A DNA stretch of 64,000 nt from the human T2T-CHM13v2.0 reference genome, Homo sapiens: the NCBI RefSeq assembly GCF_009914755.1, contig NC_060926.1; one strand, written 5' to 3'. The position numbers and the translations under genes were made by a program. Below the pieces are notes generated by a model. That model worked only from the letters and a program-made list of their open reading frames with translations. It was not told the DNA's origin and ran no database searches. Shown here piece after piece: positions 13,026-26,710 of the stretch. Numbering within the stretch: the first letter of the stretch is position 1; each line of letters starts with the position of its first letter.

Positions 13026-15194
13026 GTAAATTTTTTAAACAAATGTTGGGAAAATAGGTCAAACATAAAAGGGGAAAAAAGACTTCATGGCAGACTTAGT
13101 CATGGTGTTCAGTGTGGTGTGACTCCTAACAGCATAGCAGAGAACCCAGCACGTAAGTGCACGTGTTCAGTAAAGGTTGTTCAAGTGTTGAAGGACAACA
13201 TCTGAAGAGGTATTTTTTGGTTGACTGTACACTCTCAGGTGTTTAGAGTAGAATGATTCCCTGGAGCACGTGTGTAGGCAAGAATGTGGAATCATAGAAG
13301 ATTTGTAAGAGAAGGTTAATCAGCTATTCTTGCGGGATGCTTTCATTGTAATCACATCTACACATTGGGGCCAGGGTGTGGCCTGTCAGTATTCTAGCCC
13401 CATTTATCTATAAACTCCAGAGAGTTTTAAGTTGTACAGAGTGCCAAGTACAATAAATGTAAACAATATAATGTTACTGTTATATCACAGCAGTATGATT
13501 ATGTGCTTACCACTGCAATGGCTAGGGATATAAGCGTGACAAAGTATGGGATGACCTTATCAGGCACTAAAAGCCCAGCTCACATTTACTCAGCGCTAGA
13601 AAATGATTGTCCTGCAGGAATATAGCGTATGAATTGAGAGCTCCAAGCTCTACTCACACAAAACAGGCAAACCTTTACTTGAAACCACTGGTAGAAATAC
13701 AATTGCAGCAAAACCTGAATGACCTAACACCCTCTTCTCCCAGGAATCCAATAGAACTGCCACCCCACATGGAAGAATCCTCAAGGAGCCTACCTTGGGG
13801 TGATAGTGGGGTGTTTAAAGCCACCTTTCCAGTGGCTTTAATAGTCCTTGATGCAAATCATAACCTAAAGTAATTTCTTTTCTAGTTCCATGGTTAACTA
13901 TAAATGTAATTAAATCTCTGGGCCTCATTATTGAAGTACTTGTGGACTATAAGCATATTTTAATTTATTAAAGATCCAAAGAACAATAAGTGAACAAACC
14001 AATTACTTAAATAAGAAGGGGGGACAAAAGCACAATTAATGAATGTATTGATAGTTTTCCCTGCTGGGAACATTACCTTTCCTGATCTTGACCTCTACCG
14101 TATGTAAATACCCACATACTTCCTGCCAGGATGTCTTTTTTTAGGATGTCTTCCTTTTACTCCTGTCAACCTGGGAACTCCCGCCGTCATCTTCTCCACC
14201 CTCTGACCCATACATCTCTCCCCAGGGGAGTCCCAGGGCAGAAATCTAGCGGCTCTTTCCTCATCTTACATTCACATGCTGACACCCAGCTGCCCTAAGT
14301 TTCCTGTGTCCTGCCTCTCTTTCATTGTAGCAGATGCAACATTTTGTCTCCTCTTATTTCACCTGCCCGTATTTGCCAGGCTTCTGCGTTTAGCAATTTT
14401 TGCAGCAGCATCGAAGTTAGGGGTGAGAGCCAGCACAGCCAGCTTGCAGCTCATGGAACACCCCCATTCATGCGTGCAGAGAGATCGATGCTCAGGTGGG
14501 AGCTTAAGATCCAAAAAATTAAGACTTTCAGCTTCCAAGATAGCTGTCATAAAGTTCACTTACTACAGCTTAGGCCCTCTCTTTATAAAGAGCTCCTCAG
14601 TCTTCAGTCCGTTTCTTTTATTGTGCACAGTCATAAATTAAATATTGCTCAAGATGAGAGTGGACTTAAGACAATCACACTGACAAGAAAATACTAAAAA
14701 GCTAATAACTTAATCATTGAACCAGGAGTCAGAAAATCTCTGAAAAACCCTAAACATCAGTTGCAGCAAAGGAGCAACATGAGGCCATTTAGCACGGGAA
14801 CACTCACTCTGTATTAGCCTGTGCAAGCATCGATTCACAGAAGAGCATAACAGATACATATGAAGATGTCCCTGAGTCAGCCAGAAAATGTTTGTTACGC
14901 TCAATACCAGTCTGGTTAAGTAAGAAATGAGGTAATGCATTTTAGAAATATTTCTGTCAAAATGGTTAAAGTTAAAAATTGGGGTGTACATAAAGGAGAC
15001 AAGCCTTAGTTATTTGAAAGCAAATTATGGTAGAACCCCTCCTGCCTTCCCATTTCCCAGTGACACCAGATAAAGGAGGCAGTGTCGTATAGACCAGGTA
15101 CTTTGCCACAGCCACTGCCACTTTGTTTGTGGTCTCCCGACTTCTATGTTGTTGTTTATTCATGGGGTTTTCCTTCCCTTTTCTTTGGTTTCAG

Positions 15195-15316
15195 ATGCGA
15201 GTGTCTCTCTGGCTTATGTGGTTTCCCCGTGTGTGAGGTGGGATCCACTCCCCGCATAGTCTCTCGTGGCGATGGGACACCTGGAAAGTGCTGTGATGTC
15301 TTTGAATGTGTTAATG
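15195..15316 (+). CDS. CRIM1: CRIM1 coding exon (exon 5 by recall), 122 nt, (R)CECLSGLCGFPVCEVGSTPRIVSRGDGTPGKCCDVFECVN; contains RGD
   Basis: Acceptor tttggtttcag|ATGCGAG after a pyrimidine tract; donor AATG|gtacgt; phase 2 to 1; lies in ORF 15082..15537. Confidence 0.96.
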
Positions 15317-16324
15317 GTACGTGGGGTTTCTCTTGTTCTCAGAGAGTGTACATTTGTGCAGAGGAGGAGGAGGGAGGGTTCAACTTAGCTGCTTCTGCCT
15401 TTTACAAAGCAGGGATTACCTTCAGGGGCTTGCTGAAGGGCACTCAAAAAGGTTTGCTTAAGATCCACAGTGCAGTAAAGAAAGTTAGGTTAGGAACTAT
15501 CATTCCACCCATCAGAAGGAGGATTCTGGAAATGTAATAGCAGATTGCATGTAGCTGTCATACTCAGCTGTGTTACAGAATTTCCAAAACTTAGGGATTT
15601 CAGGAAAAGGATCCTGGAGCCTGTGAGAGTTTTCCTGCTGTCACTCAGTAACTGGTCCCATGGCTGTCGGGAGGTGACCTGGCTAAAACTGCATTGGGCC
15701 TGCCACACTTGGGAACAAGAAAAACATGGCTCATCTTGTTTAGCATTTTCCTACTTAGAACATCTTTGCACCTGATCTTAGCCAAAAGGCTGAGAGGCGG
15801 TGGGGAAGACATCTTTAATCAGTGGTTGGTCACTGATAGCGGCCTGCTGTAGGCTTGACCCACGTGGCCCTGAAAAAGGATTCTTGGGTCACGAGATTCC
15901 TTCTGACAGAATCTGCCTCTCCCTTTCACTTTATATGGGAGGATTTGGTGTTTGGTGGCTTGATGTTGATTGAGTTTAGGTGCTAGAAGGAAGGGGAACC
16001 TGCAACATGCTTCTCTACCAGAATATTCATTAACAAAAAATAAAATAAACAAGTTACATGTCAATAACCATTCAGAGCATTATTTAGTCAATACTTGTAT
16101 ACACAGGAAGATGGAGATGGATTTGGACAAATACAACAAAATTACACATAGAAATATTCATATCAAATACTTCCTGTAGGAATTCAGATGTCATAAGGTC
16201 TCCTGCCCTCCCAAGGCAAGAAAGGTTATGTTGCAGTTGAGTCCTATTTGGTTGCATCCTGTGATTTTTAGGCCCGTGGCCAAGTTGTTTTTTATTGTTT
16301 ATTTTTGCTTTGAAGAAACACTTG

Positions 16325-16520
16325 CAGTATGGCTTTATGGTTAAGAAAGAACACAGACTAGAATTAATAACCTCAGTTTGAAAATTGGGTCCTCCACTCA
16401 CTAGCTGAGTTAACTTTGAGGAAGCTTCTTGGTTTCCCTGGGCCTCAGTTTCTACATCTCTAAAATGGACTGAATAACAGTAAATTAAACAAGGTATTAT
16501 AGGTGAACTACCTTGAATTT
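16325..16520 (+). mobile_element. MIR SINE
   Basis: ccactcactagctgagttaactttg...gggcctcagtttctacatctctaaaatgg. Confidence 0.7.
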
Positions 16521-16538
16521 TGCCTCAGATGTAAATAA

Positions 16539-16846
<308 letters not shown>

Positions 16847-17249
16847 AATAATCTTCTGTGTGCACACTTTCTATTCACATCCAGAGGCACAGTTCTGGAC
16901 ATTGGGGATGGGGGATAGAGATGGTAAGGTTGAACTTCCTGACTTACAGACCTTATAAATACAAGCATACAGGAAAGGGGAACAGAAAAAGTTCTGTGCA
17001 CTTAAATCACCTCTCGGTGCTTCTCCCCACTCTGGTCATTATTTAGCCAGTAATCACATCCATTAAACACAAGCAAATGGCCAAGCAGACCTTTTTTCTG
17101 GAGGTGCTACAGTTTGATTTATGATAGGTGAGATTCTGTGAATACTTGTACCACTGGAGACAGAAATAGTCACTGCTTCCCTGGGTTCCCAGCATCTCAG
17201 ATATGCTTCATCCAGTGCTCATCACTTGGAAAAGACTTAACGCTCATGC

Positions 17250-17380
17250 CTGTCTCTCACTCCAAAATGTGAACTGCTGGAGGACAGGAGTCTGTCACAT
17301 TCATCCTTGTGTCTGTAGTTGTTAGCCTATTATCTGCCTCACAGAGGACACCCAGATTTTGTTGCATGAGCCAGTGAATG
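17250..17380 (+). mobile_element. L2 3' end fragment
   Basis: aatgtgaactgctggaggacagg...ttcatccttgtgtct...tgcctcacagagg...ttgttgcatgagccagtgaatga. Confidence 0.55.
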
Positions 17381-20300
17381 ATCTAATTCGTATCATCTTA
17401 GTTCCCTCTAGAGGTGTCTGTTAAATGTCAGCCCATAAATGGGTTACTTTGTAGGAATCCTCCATCTATTTACTGCCCTACACTTTAATCTTAAGTCATT
17501 TGTCCCCTGAAAATATCATCTCTAGTAGAAAGATTTGCTGGTGTTTCCTATGGGTGAGGAACCGGAGTGCCCTTCTTCTCTCCTTGCTTCTTGGTTCTAG
17601 ATACCCATGGGTCATTCCTTTCTTATCAGAACATAGACTTTATGTCTTGCTCCAGTCTGATGTGTCTCAAACTACTAATAGCCGTACCTCCACCTTAGCA
17701 ACCTTGGGATCAGTCTGCAGGGCCTGTCCTCATTTATTGCCACTTATTATAGAGCCCTGACTTCTGGAATAGGATTTGCCATCTGTCCTGAGAAGATGTT
17801 GAGTGGACAAAACACAGTCACTACATCTCTGGTCGTTGCTTCTTTCTTGCCACCATAAACTTGTTGAGTGATCTTTGCTTTCTTCCTAATCCTGTGGAAC
17901 TGTGTCTATTGATATATCAGTCATTCACCTGTAGAGGAGACTAGGAACTAATACTGTGAAGATTCATAATCCTACAGAATATTGTTAAGAACATTGTCTC
18001 AAAGCCTGCATTTTTCTTCTTTTGATATATACATTCATACTCATACACACACATATATATTGATAGATGAATGTGTCTGTGTATGTATATATAAATATAC
18101 TTACCACCTAGTGTCCTGGAAAAATCTGTTGTTGTAAGGTCACCATTAGAAGATACTACATATCAAAGATTCATTATCATCACTTAGAAAAGCAGAGGTC
18201 TATTTTATATGTATAAAACCACTCGCTTATACACAGAGGATCTGAGGAAACTTTACAGTGAGAACAGATTCTATAAGATAGTGATAAAATATTTATGAGA
18301 AAGGAGACTCACAGCCATAGAATTGTAAGTAAAAGTTGAAAGTGAAAAATCAAACAGAAAGCACCCACGGGTATACAGTCCATCAGTGCCTATGCAGTTG
18401 TGGGAGTTAAATGTTAAATTAGGCCCCCAGTTTTCTGGCCATCAAAGTGAAAAAGGAGATAGGGTCAAATACGCTGTTCTTATTTTCAAAGAGGAAAAAA
18501 CCTGCTGGATGGGACAACTGTCTCTCTAATAGAGATTTTTCATATGGAAAGGAATGGATTTCATCCCACTGAATGATGAAGTTGATCATGTGCTTAATTG
18601 CGTTAACACCACAAATGCAGAAACTGGTTTCCTGGGATTGTTCTCAATAAAAAGCAAAGGCAAAATATTAAAATACAACTCAGTTCCAAAAGGTCAGATT
18701 GACACAGCTAGACCGTAGGTGCTTGGAACATTGTTTCTCAATTTTGCAAACTGCCCAACCATGGTGAGGTAGATCCAAAGACCCCAGTTCAGAAGACTGT
18801 GGGTAGAATGTTAACATGACTGACCCCACATGCAGAAATGGATTATGCACTGCCGCACTCACTTCCTATGCTGCCATCCATGTGATCCATATGCTTATGT
18901 TTTTTTCTTTTTAAAATCAACTTTAAAGTGAAAACATACAATTTTAAAATACACAGAACTCGAAAACTCGTGAGTTTTGAAAACACTAGCCTGATGAGTA
19001 GATGCAGAGAGAGCATCCTCCATAAATATTACTTTGTTTTTGTAGTTTGATTTTATTTTGTTGTGGCGGAGGGATGGGAGAGTTGCAGACCAGTTCATGA
19101 CAGTTTGTAACTGCATTCTCTGACAAGCGCCGAAAGGAGAACTTATGAGGCTTTGGCTGAACAAGATCCTTGTTATTTAGAAACCAAAGGAACAGGTGGT
19201 ATGATTATGTTTCTTTTATGTGAACTTAGAAGTCATCAAAATCATCACCTAGAAATATGACCTCCAAAGCAGTGTTGTAACAGCCCTCCACCTTCGTCAA
19301 GAACCCACTGTATGTCTGCTCCTGCCCACAAACAAATGTCCCATCAGCCGTCAGCTGGAGCTGGACAATGGCCTCTACTGTTAGATGGGTGGATGCTCTC
19401 CACTTAACACAGTACCCCCTGCTGTCTTACACATGGCCCACCTCTCGTTCCTGGAGGCATTTGGGTTTGAAATCCTAGGTGTAGAGTGTGCAAGTGATTA
19501 TTTGGTTTCTTAGATACGAGCATTTGTCCAACGTATATACACAAACATCTAGATAAAATGGAATATCTTGGTTGGAAAGTCGTAGCCAAAAGCTGACTCT
19601 GTCTGTATGACCTACTTATAAAACGTTCCCCAAGTGAGTAAATGAATTAGTCTATAGTATTGTTATTGGATAGAAGCCAGTTGAAACTACCAGAAATATT
19701 TTTAGCCTTACGGTATTTAATACTGAACCATTTGTTCTGACAGCATAGTTAGCAGGGCCAGATATATATTGAGGCTAGCCCCCATTCACAGCTCTAAACA
19801 AGTCATCAGCACAAAAGAGGAAGAGTACCCTCTTCCCAGTGGTGCCAAGAGTGGTGGGTGGATGGGGTGGGGATGGGAGCATTACTTGTGTATGGCACAA
19901 CTAGCCAAAAGCAACTTCAGGGGGTTATGAAGTAAGTTCAGAGAAAGGGGATCTGAATACAACTTAGCGTGTGTTTTTAGCCTGTTTTGTGCCATTTGAA
20001 ATACTTCTGTTTTGGAGCACTGTCCCTGTAGCACTCTGCTTCTCACAGCAGTATTAAAATGCAGCACTAACAGTGAGGAGCCTGGATGAAGGTCATGTTG
20101 CCCACCCAGTAATTAGTTCCTGTTTTATTCAGGCATATACGAAAGGCTAATAAAAACTGGAAGTAATCTTATGTTGGCCCTGACAGAATTTTCTCTAAGA
20201 CAGTAACATGTGAAATCACCATTTAAAGGGGAGCCGTACCCAGCATCAGCTTGCTCCTCATGTAAAATTTTGGCCTAGAAAATTCAGACCTGCAGGCTGT

Positions 20301-22282
20301 TAATTTTCAAAAAAAAACACTAGTACAGAAAACATTAAGAACCCACTGTCTATATAGCAATTATGCTCATAATGTTTCTAAGGACGTAATGTCTTCTACT
20401 GATAGAATAATGGAGATATTCTGGCACTTTGAGAGCAATACTCCACTCAGTATGTGTTTATTGAGCACCCCTCGTGTTCCTGGGGCCTTGTTAAGCTAAT
20501 TTTGTTAAAGAGTGATACACATTGTTGTAATCCTTTCTAAGGGTTGTTCTCTTCCCCTTTTCCTGAAATAGGATATGCTTGGTGTCCTCCAGCACACACA
20601 CACACTTCCCCTCTTCTCCCTGTGGAATAAGCCAATTGAAACTAGCAAACATATTTTTAGTCTTATAGTATTTAATACCGAGCCATTAATTATGAGAGTA
20701 TAGTTAGCAAGACCAGATATTTATTGAGGCTAGTCCACATTCACAACTTTAAGAACATGTCATCAGTATAATTAATAAAGGGAAAACTTAAGGATTTAAA
20801 AACACACAGAACTCAAGAACTCCTGAGTTTTGAAAACACTAGCCTGAATGAACAGATGGAGAGAACATCCTCCATGAATAGTCCTTCTCTTTTCACTTTG
20901 GTTTTAATTTGTTTTGGTGGAGGGATGGGACAAGCTGCATGTCGAAGCTGCAGAGAGTTATCTAGAAGATTTAGCTATGAAAAGTGATGAAGGTGGCTAC
21001 ACTAAACAACAGATATTCAGTGTAGAGGAAGCAGCCTTCTATGGAAAGAAGATGCCACCTGGGACTTTCATAACAAGAGAGAAGCAGTCAATGCCTGGCT
21101 TCAAAGAATAGGCTGATTCTTATTAGGGGCTAATGCAGCTGATAACTTTAAGCTAAACCCCACGGCTGTTAAGAATTATGCTAAATCTACTCTGCCTGTG
21201 CTTTATAAATGGAACAACAAAGCCTGGATGACAGCATGGTTTATTGATTATTTTAAGCCCACCATTGAGACCTACTACTCAGAAAAAGAGATTTCTTCCA
21301 AAATATTACTGCTCATTGACAATGCACCTGGTCTCCCAAGAGCTCTGATGGAGGTGTACAAGATTAGTGTTGTTTTCGTGCCTAACACAACATCCATTCT
21401 GCAGCCCATGGACCAAGGAGTCATTTCAACTTTCAAGTCTTGTTAATTAAGAAAAACATTTCATAAGATTAGCTGCTGTAGATAGTCATTCCTCTGATGG
21501 ATCAGAACTAAATCAATTGAAAACCTTCTGCAAAGGATTCACTCACCATTCTAGATGCCATTAAGAACACAGGTGATTCAGGGGAAGGTGTCAGAATATT
21601 AACATGGAGTTTGGAAGAAGTTGATTCCAACCCTCATGAATGACTTTGAGGAGCTGAAGACCTCAGTGGAAGAAGTAACTGCAGATGTAGTAGAAGGAGC
21701 AAGAGAACTAGAATTAAATGTGGAACCTGCAGAATGTGACTGAATTGCTGCAATCTCATGATAAAACTGGAAAGGATGAGGAGTTTCTTCTTATCGATGA
21801 GCAAAGAAAGTAGTTTCTTGAGATAGAATCTACTCCTGGTGAGGATGCTGTGACAACATCTTCACCAGATAAAACGACAACCAGGGATTTAGACTATTAC
21901 ATAAATTTAGTTGATAAAGCAACAGCAGGGTTTTAGAGGATTGACTCCAGTTTTGAAACAAGTTCTACTGTAAGTAAAATGCTATCAAACAGCATCACAT
22001 GCTACAAAGAAATCTTTCATGAAAGGAAGAGTTAGTCAATGTGGCAAACTTCATTATTGTGTTATTTAAAGAAATTGCCACAGCCACCCCAACCTTCAGC
22101 AACCACCATCCTTATCAGTCAGCAGCCATCAGCATCAAGGCAATACCCTCCACCAGCAGAAAGATTACTATTTACTGAAGGCTCAGATGATCGTTAGCAG
22201 TTTTTAGCAATAAAGTATTTTAAATTAAGGAATGTATATTGTTTTTTAGACATAATGCTATTGTATACTTAATAGACTATAG

Positions 22283-22385
22283 CAGGGGTGTCCAATCTTT
22301 TGGCTTCCCTGGGCCACATTGGAAGAAGAAGATTGTCTTGGGCCACATGTAAAATACACTAACACTAATGATAGCTGATTAGCTT

Positions 22386-22424
<39 letters not shown>

Positions 22425-22507
22425 ATCTTACAATGTTTTAAGAAAGTTTGCATTCAAAGCCATCCTAGGCCTCATGTGGCCCGCAGGCTGCAGGTTAGAC
22501 AAGTATG
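22283..22507 (+). mobile_element. MER30 (hAT-Charlie MITE) nested in Tigger1
   Basis: Begins caggggtgtccaatcttttggcttccctgggccacattggaagaag, ends ggttagacaagtatg; 8-bp TSD gactatag/gactacag. Confidence 0.92.
22389..22422 (+). repeat. (CA)17 microsatellite inside MER30
   Basis: Direct read. Confidence 0.95.
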
Positions 22508-24013
22508 GACTACAGTACAGTGTAAACATAACTTTTAAATGCACTGGGAAGCCAAAAAGTTTGTGTGACTTGCTTGAGCTGGTCTGGAACTGAACCCACA
22601 ATATCTTTGAGGTGTATCTATCACCATCCACCAATCAGTGTAGTTTGGTAGGCAGTAGCATGTACTAATAGTCTATATTACAAAATTCTCTTTTAGGAGT
22701 TCTGAAGTATATTCAAGAAGGAAGGGAAGATCCCAGAACTTAGAAACTTAAAGTTTAATTTTGCAGACGCAAAACACATACAAAAAATCACTAAAAAGGC
22801 ACTTCTGTGCTTCATATTGAGAAGTACAAATTACACAGTAAATTATTTCTTCATAACACTTTTCCACATCCACTTAAATCATCCTTTTGTGGAGATTGTG
22901 GCAATCTCCACACTGTTCTGAGATTCACATCTACCCCTGATAGGTGAAGAAGTAATTGGTCATTGCTCCTCAAAAACCACAGGTAGCCTTTTTATCATAT
23001 ACTTTTCTTAAGAGCCTCTATAAATCTCTTTGAACATCAAACAGATTTCATTGTGTTGTGTGACTTTTTTCACCCTTAAAGATTGATTGTGTTTCCAGGC
23101 TGTGTTTTTAGGATTCTCCATCTTTCTCACTTCCACTCCCTTGATCCTTGTGCTTTTGCTAGTGAAACCTAAGTGCCACAGTTCTCTCGTCAGTCCCATC
23201 CCCTCCTGCTTAAGCTTCTGCACACCCTACCATAAAAACAAGTCCACTTGAAGCAGCTTTATTCATAACCAGAACCTGCCCTCCACACTTCCTCAGATCA
23301 TGCACCAGGGTTGTGGCTTCACCCAGATGGTAGCTGTGGTTGATCAACTCAACCAAATAATTAGTATTGATTGGTTTATTTTTTTTAGTTTCCATGGATG
23401 TTCATTTTGTTAGAGTACAGTATTTTGCCTCGCTCTACAGCCTGCAAATTTAATGTATAAAAGTACTCCGTTTTCTATACTTTTTGGAACTTATAGTGTA
23501 GCTGCACAATTCCTTTCAATCCCAACTCAGATTAGTTTGTTAGCTAAAAGTATATAGAAGAATTCTGAGCCATGGTAAGATGATTCTTTTTTAACATTAA
23601 TTTTCTGAAAAAATGTTGTATCCATGTAGCACTAAGGAAGGAGTTTAAACATTCACATGTAGTACGTGTGCACACATAAAATCACTGCCTCATTCATGTG
23701 ACTTTAAGCAAATCACGTCATCTCTTTAAGTTTCATCTTCATTATCGAAAAAACTGGTACTAATAATACTCGTTCTGTCTTCTTAGCGGGGTTGTTATAA
23801 AATAAATATAAAGTAATTGTCCTTGAGTACAATGCAAATGCAAATATCCTCCAAATGCGGTGAAAGTATTTTAGACATGCAAGGGGACATATTAAATGAT
23901 TTGGGGATGGACAGAAGAGCCCTTGAAAGATGGGGATATCATCATCCAGCTTTCACCGGCAGATTGAGCAGGGCTCATCACCTCAGGAGAACTTTCTTCA
24001 GCTTGGGAGTACT

Positions 24014-26710
24014 TTTTTTAAAAATAGCTTTAGGAGACACCATGCAATTTACCAACTTAAGTTGTGCAATTCTGTTGTTTTCAGTGTATGCTCAGAGTTC
24101 TGCAATCATCAACACAATCAGTTTCAGAACATTTTCATCAAGCCATCAGAAAACTCCTGAACTGATTGCAGTCACTGCCCATTTTCCCCCTAAGCTCTCA
24201 GATCTAGGCAACCACTAATCTACTTTCTATCTCTATGGACGTGCCTATGATGGGTGTTTCATATAAGTAGAGTTATATAATATTAATACCTTGTCTTTTG
24301 TGACTGGCTTCTTTCACTTAGCATAATATTTTCAAGTGTCATTCATGTTATATTGCATATCAGAACTTCATTTCTTTTTATGGCCACGTAATATTTTATT
24401 GTATAGATATACTACTTTTTGTTTATATATCAGTTAATGGATATTTAGGTTCGTTCTTTCTTGGCTCTTGGGCTGCTAGGAACATTTGTTTATAGTGCTT
24501 TTTTGTGGGTATATATTTTCATTTCTCTTGGGTATATACCTAGGAGTAGAGTTGCTTGATGATATGATAACTCAAATTAAGGAACTCACAAACTGTTTTC
24601 CAAAGCAGCTGTGCTTTTACATCCTCACTAAAAATCTATGAGAATTCCAGTTTCTCCACATCCTCATCAGTGCTCGTTACTATTTTTTAATTATATCCAT
24701 CATAGTGGGTGTGAAATGGTGTTCATTGCAGCTTAGATTTGAATTCCCCGAGTGACTAATGATTCGAGCATCTTTTCATGTGTTTATTGTCCATTTCTGT
24801 CTTATTTGAAGAAGTGTCTGTTCAAAGGTTTGCCCGTTTTGATTAGATTATTTTTATCGTTTAATTATGGGAGTTCTCGGTACCAGTTTTTTTAAATCAG
24901 ATATATGATTGCAAATACTTTCTCCCAATCTGTAGGGTTGTCTTTTTACCTTTTTGATGGTGTCCTTTTAAGTCCCAAAATTGATGAAGTCCAGTTTATC
25001 TGTTTTGTTCCTTTGTTGCTTATGCTTTGAATGTCACATCTAAGAAACCACTCCCTAATCAAAGGCCACAAAGATTAACTCTTATGCTTCCTTCTAAGAG
25101 CACTGTAGGTGTAGCTGTTGTATTTAGATCATAACTCTATGATTCATTTTGAGTTAATTTTTGTATATGGTGTGAGGCATAGGGTTTTCTTCTTTATTCT
25201 TTTGCATGTAGATAATGCAAAAGACTTTCAACCTCAGGCCTGGCATGGTGGCTCACACCTGTCATCCTAGCACTTTGGGAGGCCAAGGTGGTTGGATCAC
25301 TTGAGGTCAGAGGAGTTCAAGACCAGCCTGGCCAACATGGTCTTTACTAAAAATACAAAAATTAGCTGGGCATGGTGTCATGCACCTGTAGTCCCAGATA
25401 CTTGGGAGGCTGAGGCAGGAGAATCACTTGAACCCAGGAGGTAAAGGTTGCAGTGAGCTCAGATGACGCCACTCCACTCCAGCCTGGGTGACAGAGTGAG
25501 ACTCTATATCAAAAAAAAAAAAAAAAAAAGACTTTGAACCCCACTGAGTCTTGGCCATCTTGTCAAAATACCTGTAAATGTGATAGTTTATTCCTGAACT
25601 CTCAATTCCATTGAACTATATATCTATCCCTGTGGCAGTACCACATAGTCTTGATTACTATAGCATTGTATTATGTTTTGAAATTAGGAAGTAGGAGTTC
25701 TCTAACTTTGTTCTCCCTTTTAAGATTGTTTTGGCAATTCTGGGTCCCTTGCATTTTCATATGAATTTTATGATCAGCTTATCAATTTCTACAAAAGAGC
25801 CAGCTAGGAGTTTGATAGAGATTGCATTGAACATGTAGATCAATTTGGGGAATATTTCCATTTAAACAATGTTGTCTTTCAATCCATGAACACGGGATGT
25901 CCCGTTTACTTAGGCCTTTTTAGTTTTTTGAAAATGTTTTGTTATTTTCAAAATACAAGTTTGTACTTATGTTATTACATTTATTCCTAAGTATTGTATA
26001 CTTTTTGATGCTATTGTGATTGGAATTGTTTTCTTCATTTTCTGATTGTTCATTGCTAGGGTATACAAACACAATTTGGGGAGTTGCAATTGTACTCTGC
26101 AACCTTGTTGAACTTGTTTATACATTCTGATAGTTTTTTAGTGGATCCCTTAAAACTGTTTACATACAAGATCATGTCATCTGCAATTAGAGATAGTTTT
26201 ACTTCTTCCTTTCCAATCTGGATGCTTTTAATTTATTTATTTTTCCTAATTGCTCTGGCTAGAATTTTCATTACTATGTCGAATTGAAGTGGTGAGAACA
26301 CACCTCATTGTCTTGTTCCTGATCTTAGGGGGAAAGCACTTGGACTTTTGCCATTAAGTATGAGGTTAGCTGTAGGACTTTTGAGGATGCCATTTATCAA
26401 GTTGAGGAAGTTCCGTTCTATTCCTAGTTGGTTGAGCATTTTTATCATGAAAGAATATTAGATTCTGTCAGATGCCAAAAACTGTGTCTATCGAATGATC
26501 ATGTTGCTTTTTTTCCTTATTGTGTGACATATCGTATTAACATTAATATTTTGGATGTTAAACCAACCTTGCATTCTTGGAATAAGTCTCACTTGGTCAT
26601 GGTGTATAATTTTGTTTATATGTTGCTGGATGTGGTCTGCTAGTAATTTTTTTTAAGATTTTTGTGTCTACATTTATAATATACTGATCTGTAGTTGTGT
26701 TTTCTTGTCT
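24014..26710 (-). mobile_element. Old L1 (L1MB-like) 3' portion, about 2.4 kb, antisense, interrupted by an Alu
   Basis: Reverse 3' UTR (ggcaaccactaatctactttctatctctatgga, tgtgactggcttctttcacttagcataat) then decayed ORF2 (ttttacttcttcctttccaatctggatgc, cttgttcctgatcttagggggaaagc). Confidence 0.9.
25237..25529 (+). mobile_element. Alu (AluS-like) inserted in L1
   Basis: ggcctggcatggtggctcacacctg...poly-A; TSD aaaagactttcaacc/aaaagactttgaacc. Confidence 0.95.

Larger units (their letters stand above)
20931..22620 (+). mobile_element. Tigger1 DNA transposon, 5'-truncated and internally deleted, with decayed pogo/CENP-B-like DDE transposase fragments
   Basis: ORF remnants 20914..21111 ([15 protein letters not shown]) and 21198..21446 ([11 protein letters not shown]...[14 protein letters not shown]); 3' end ggaactgaacccacaatatctttgagg. 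Confidence 0.93.

Noticed and set aside
20914-21446. Possible domesticated Tigger transposase gene
   Set aside because: Stops, frameshifts, an internal deletion and 5' truncation make it a decayed relic
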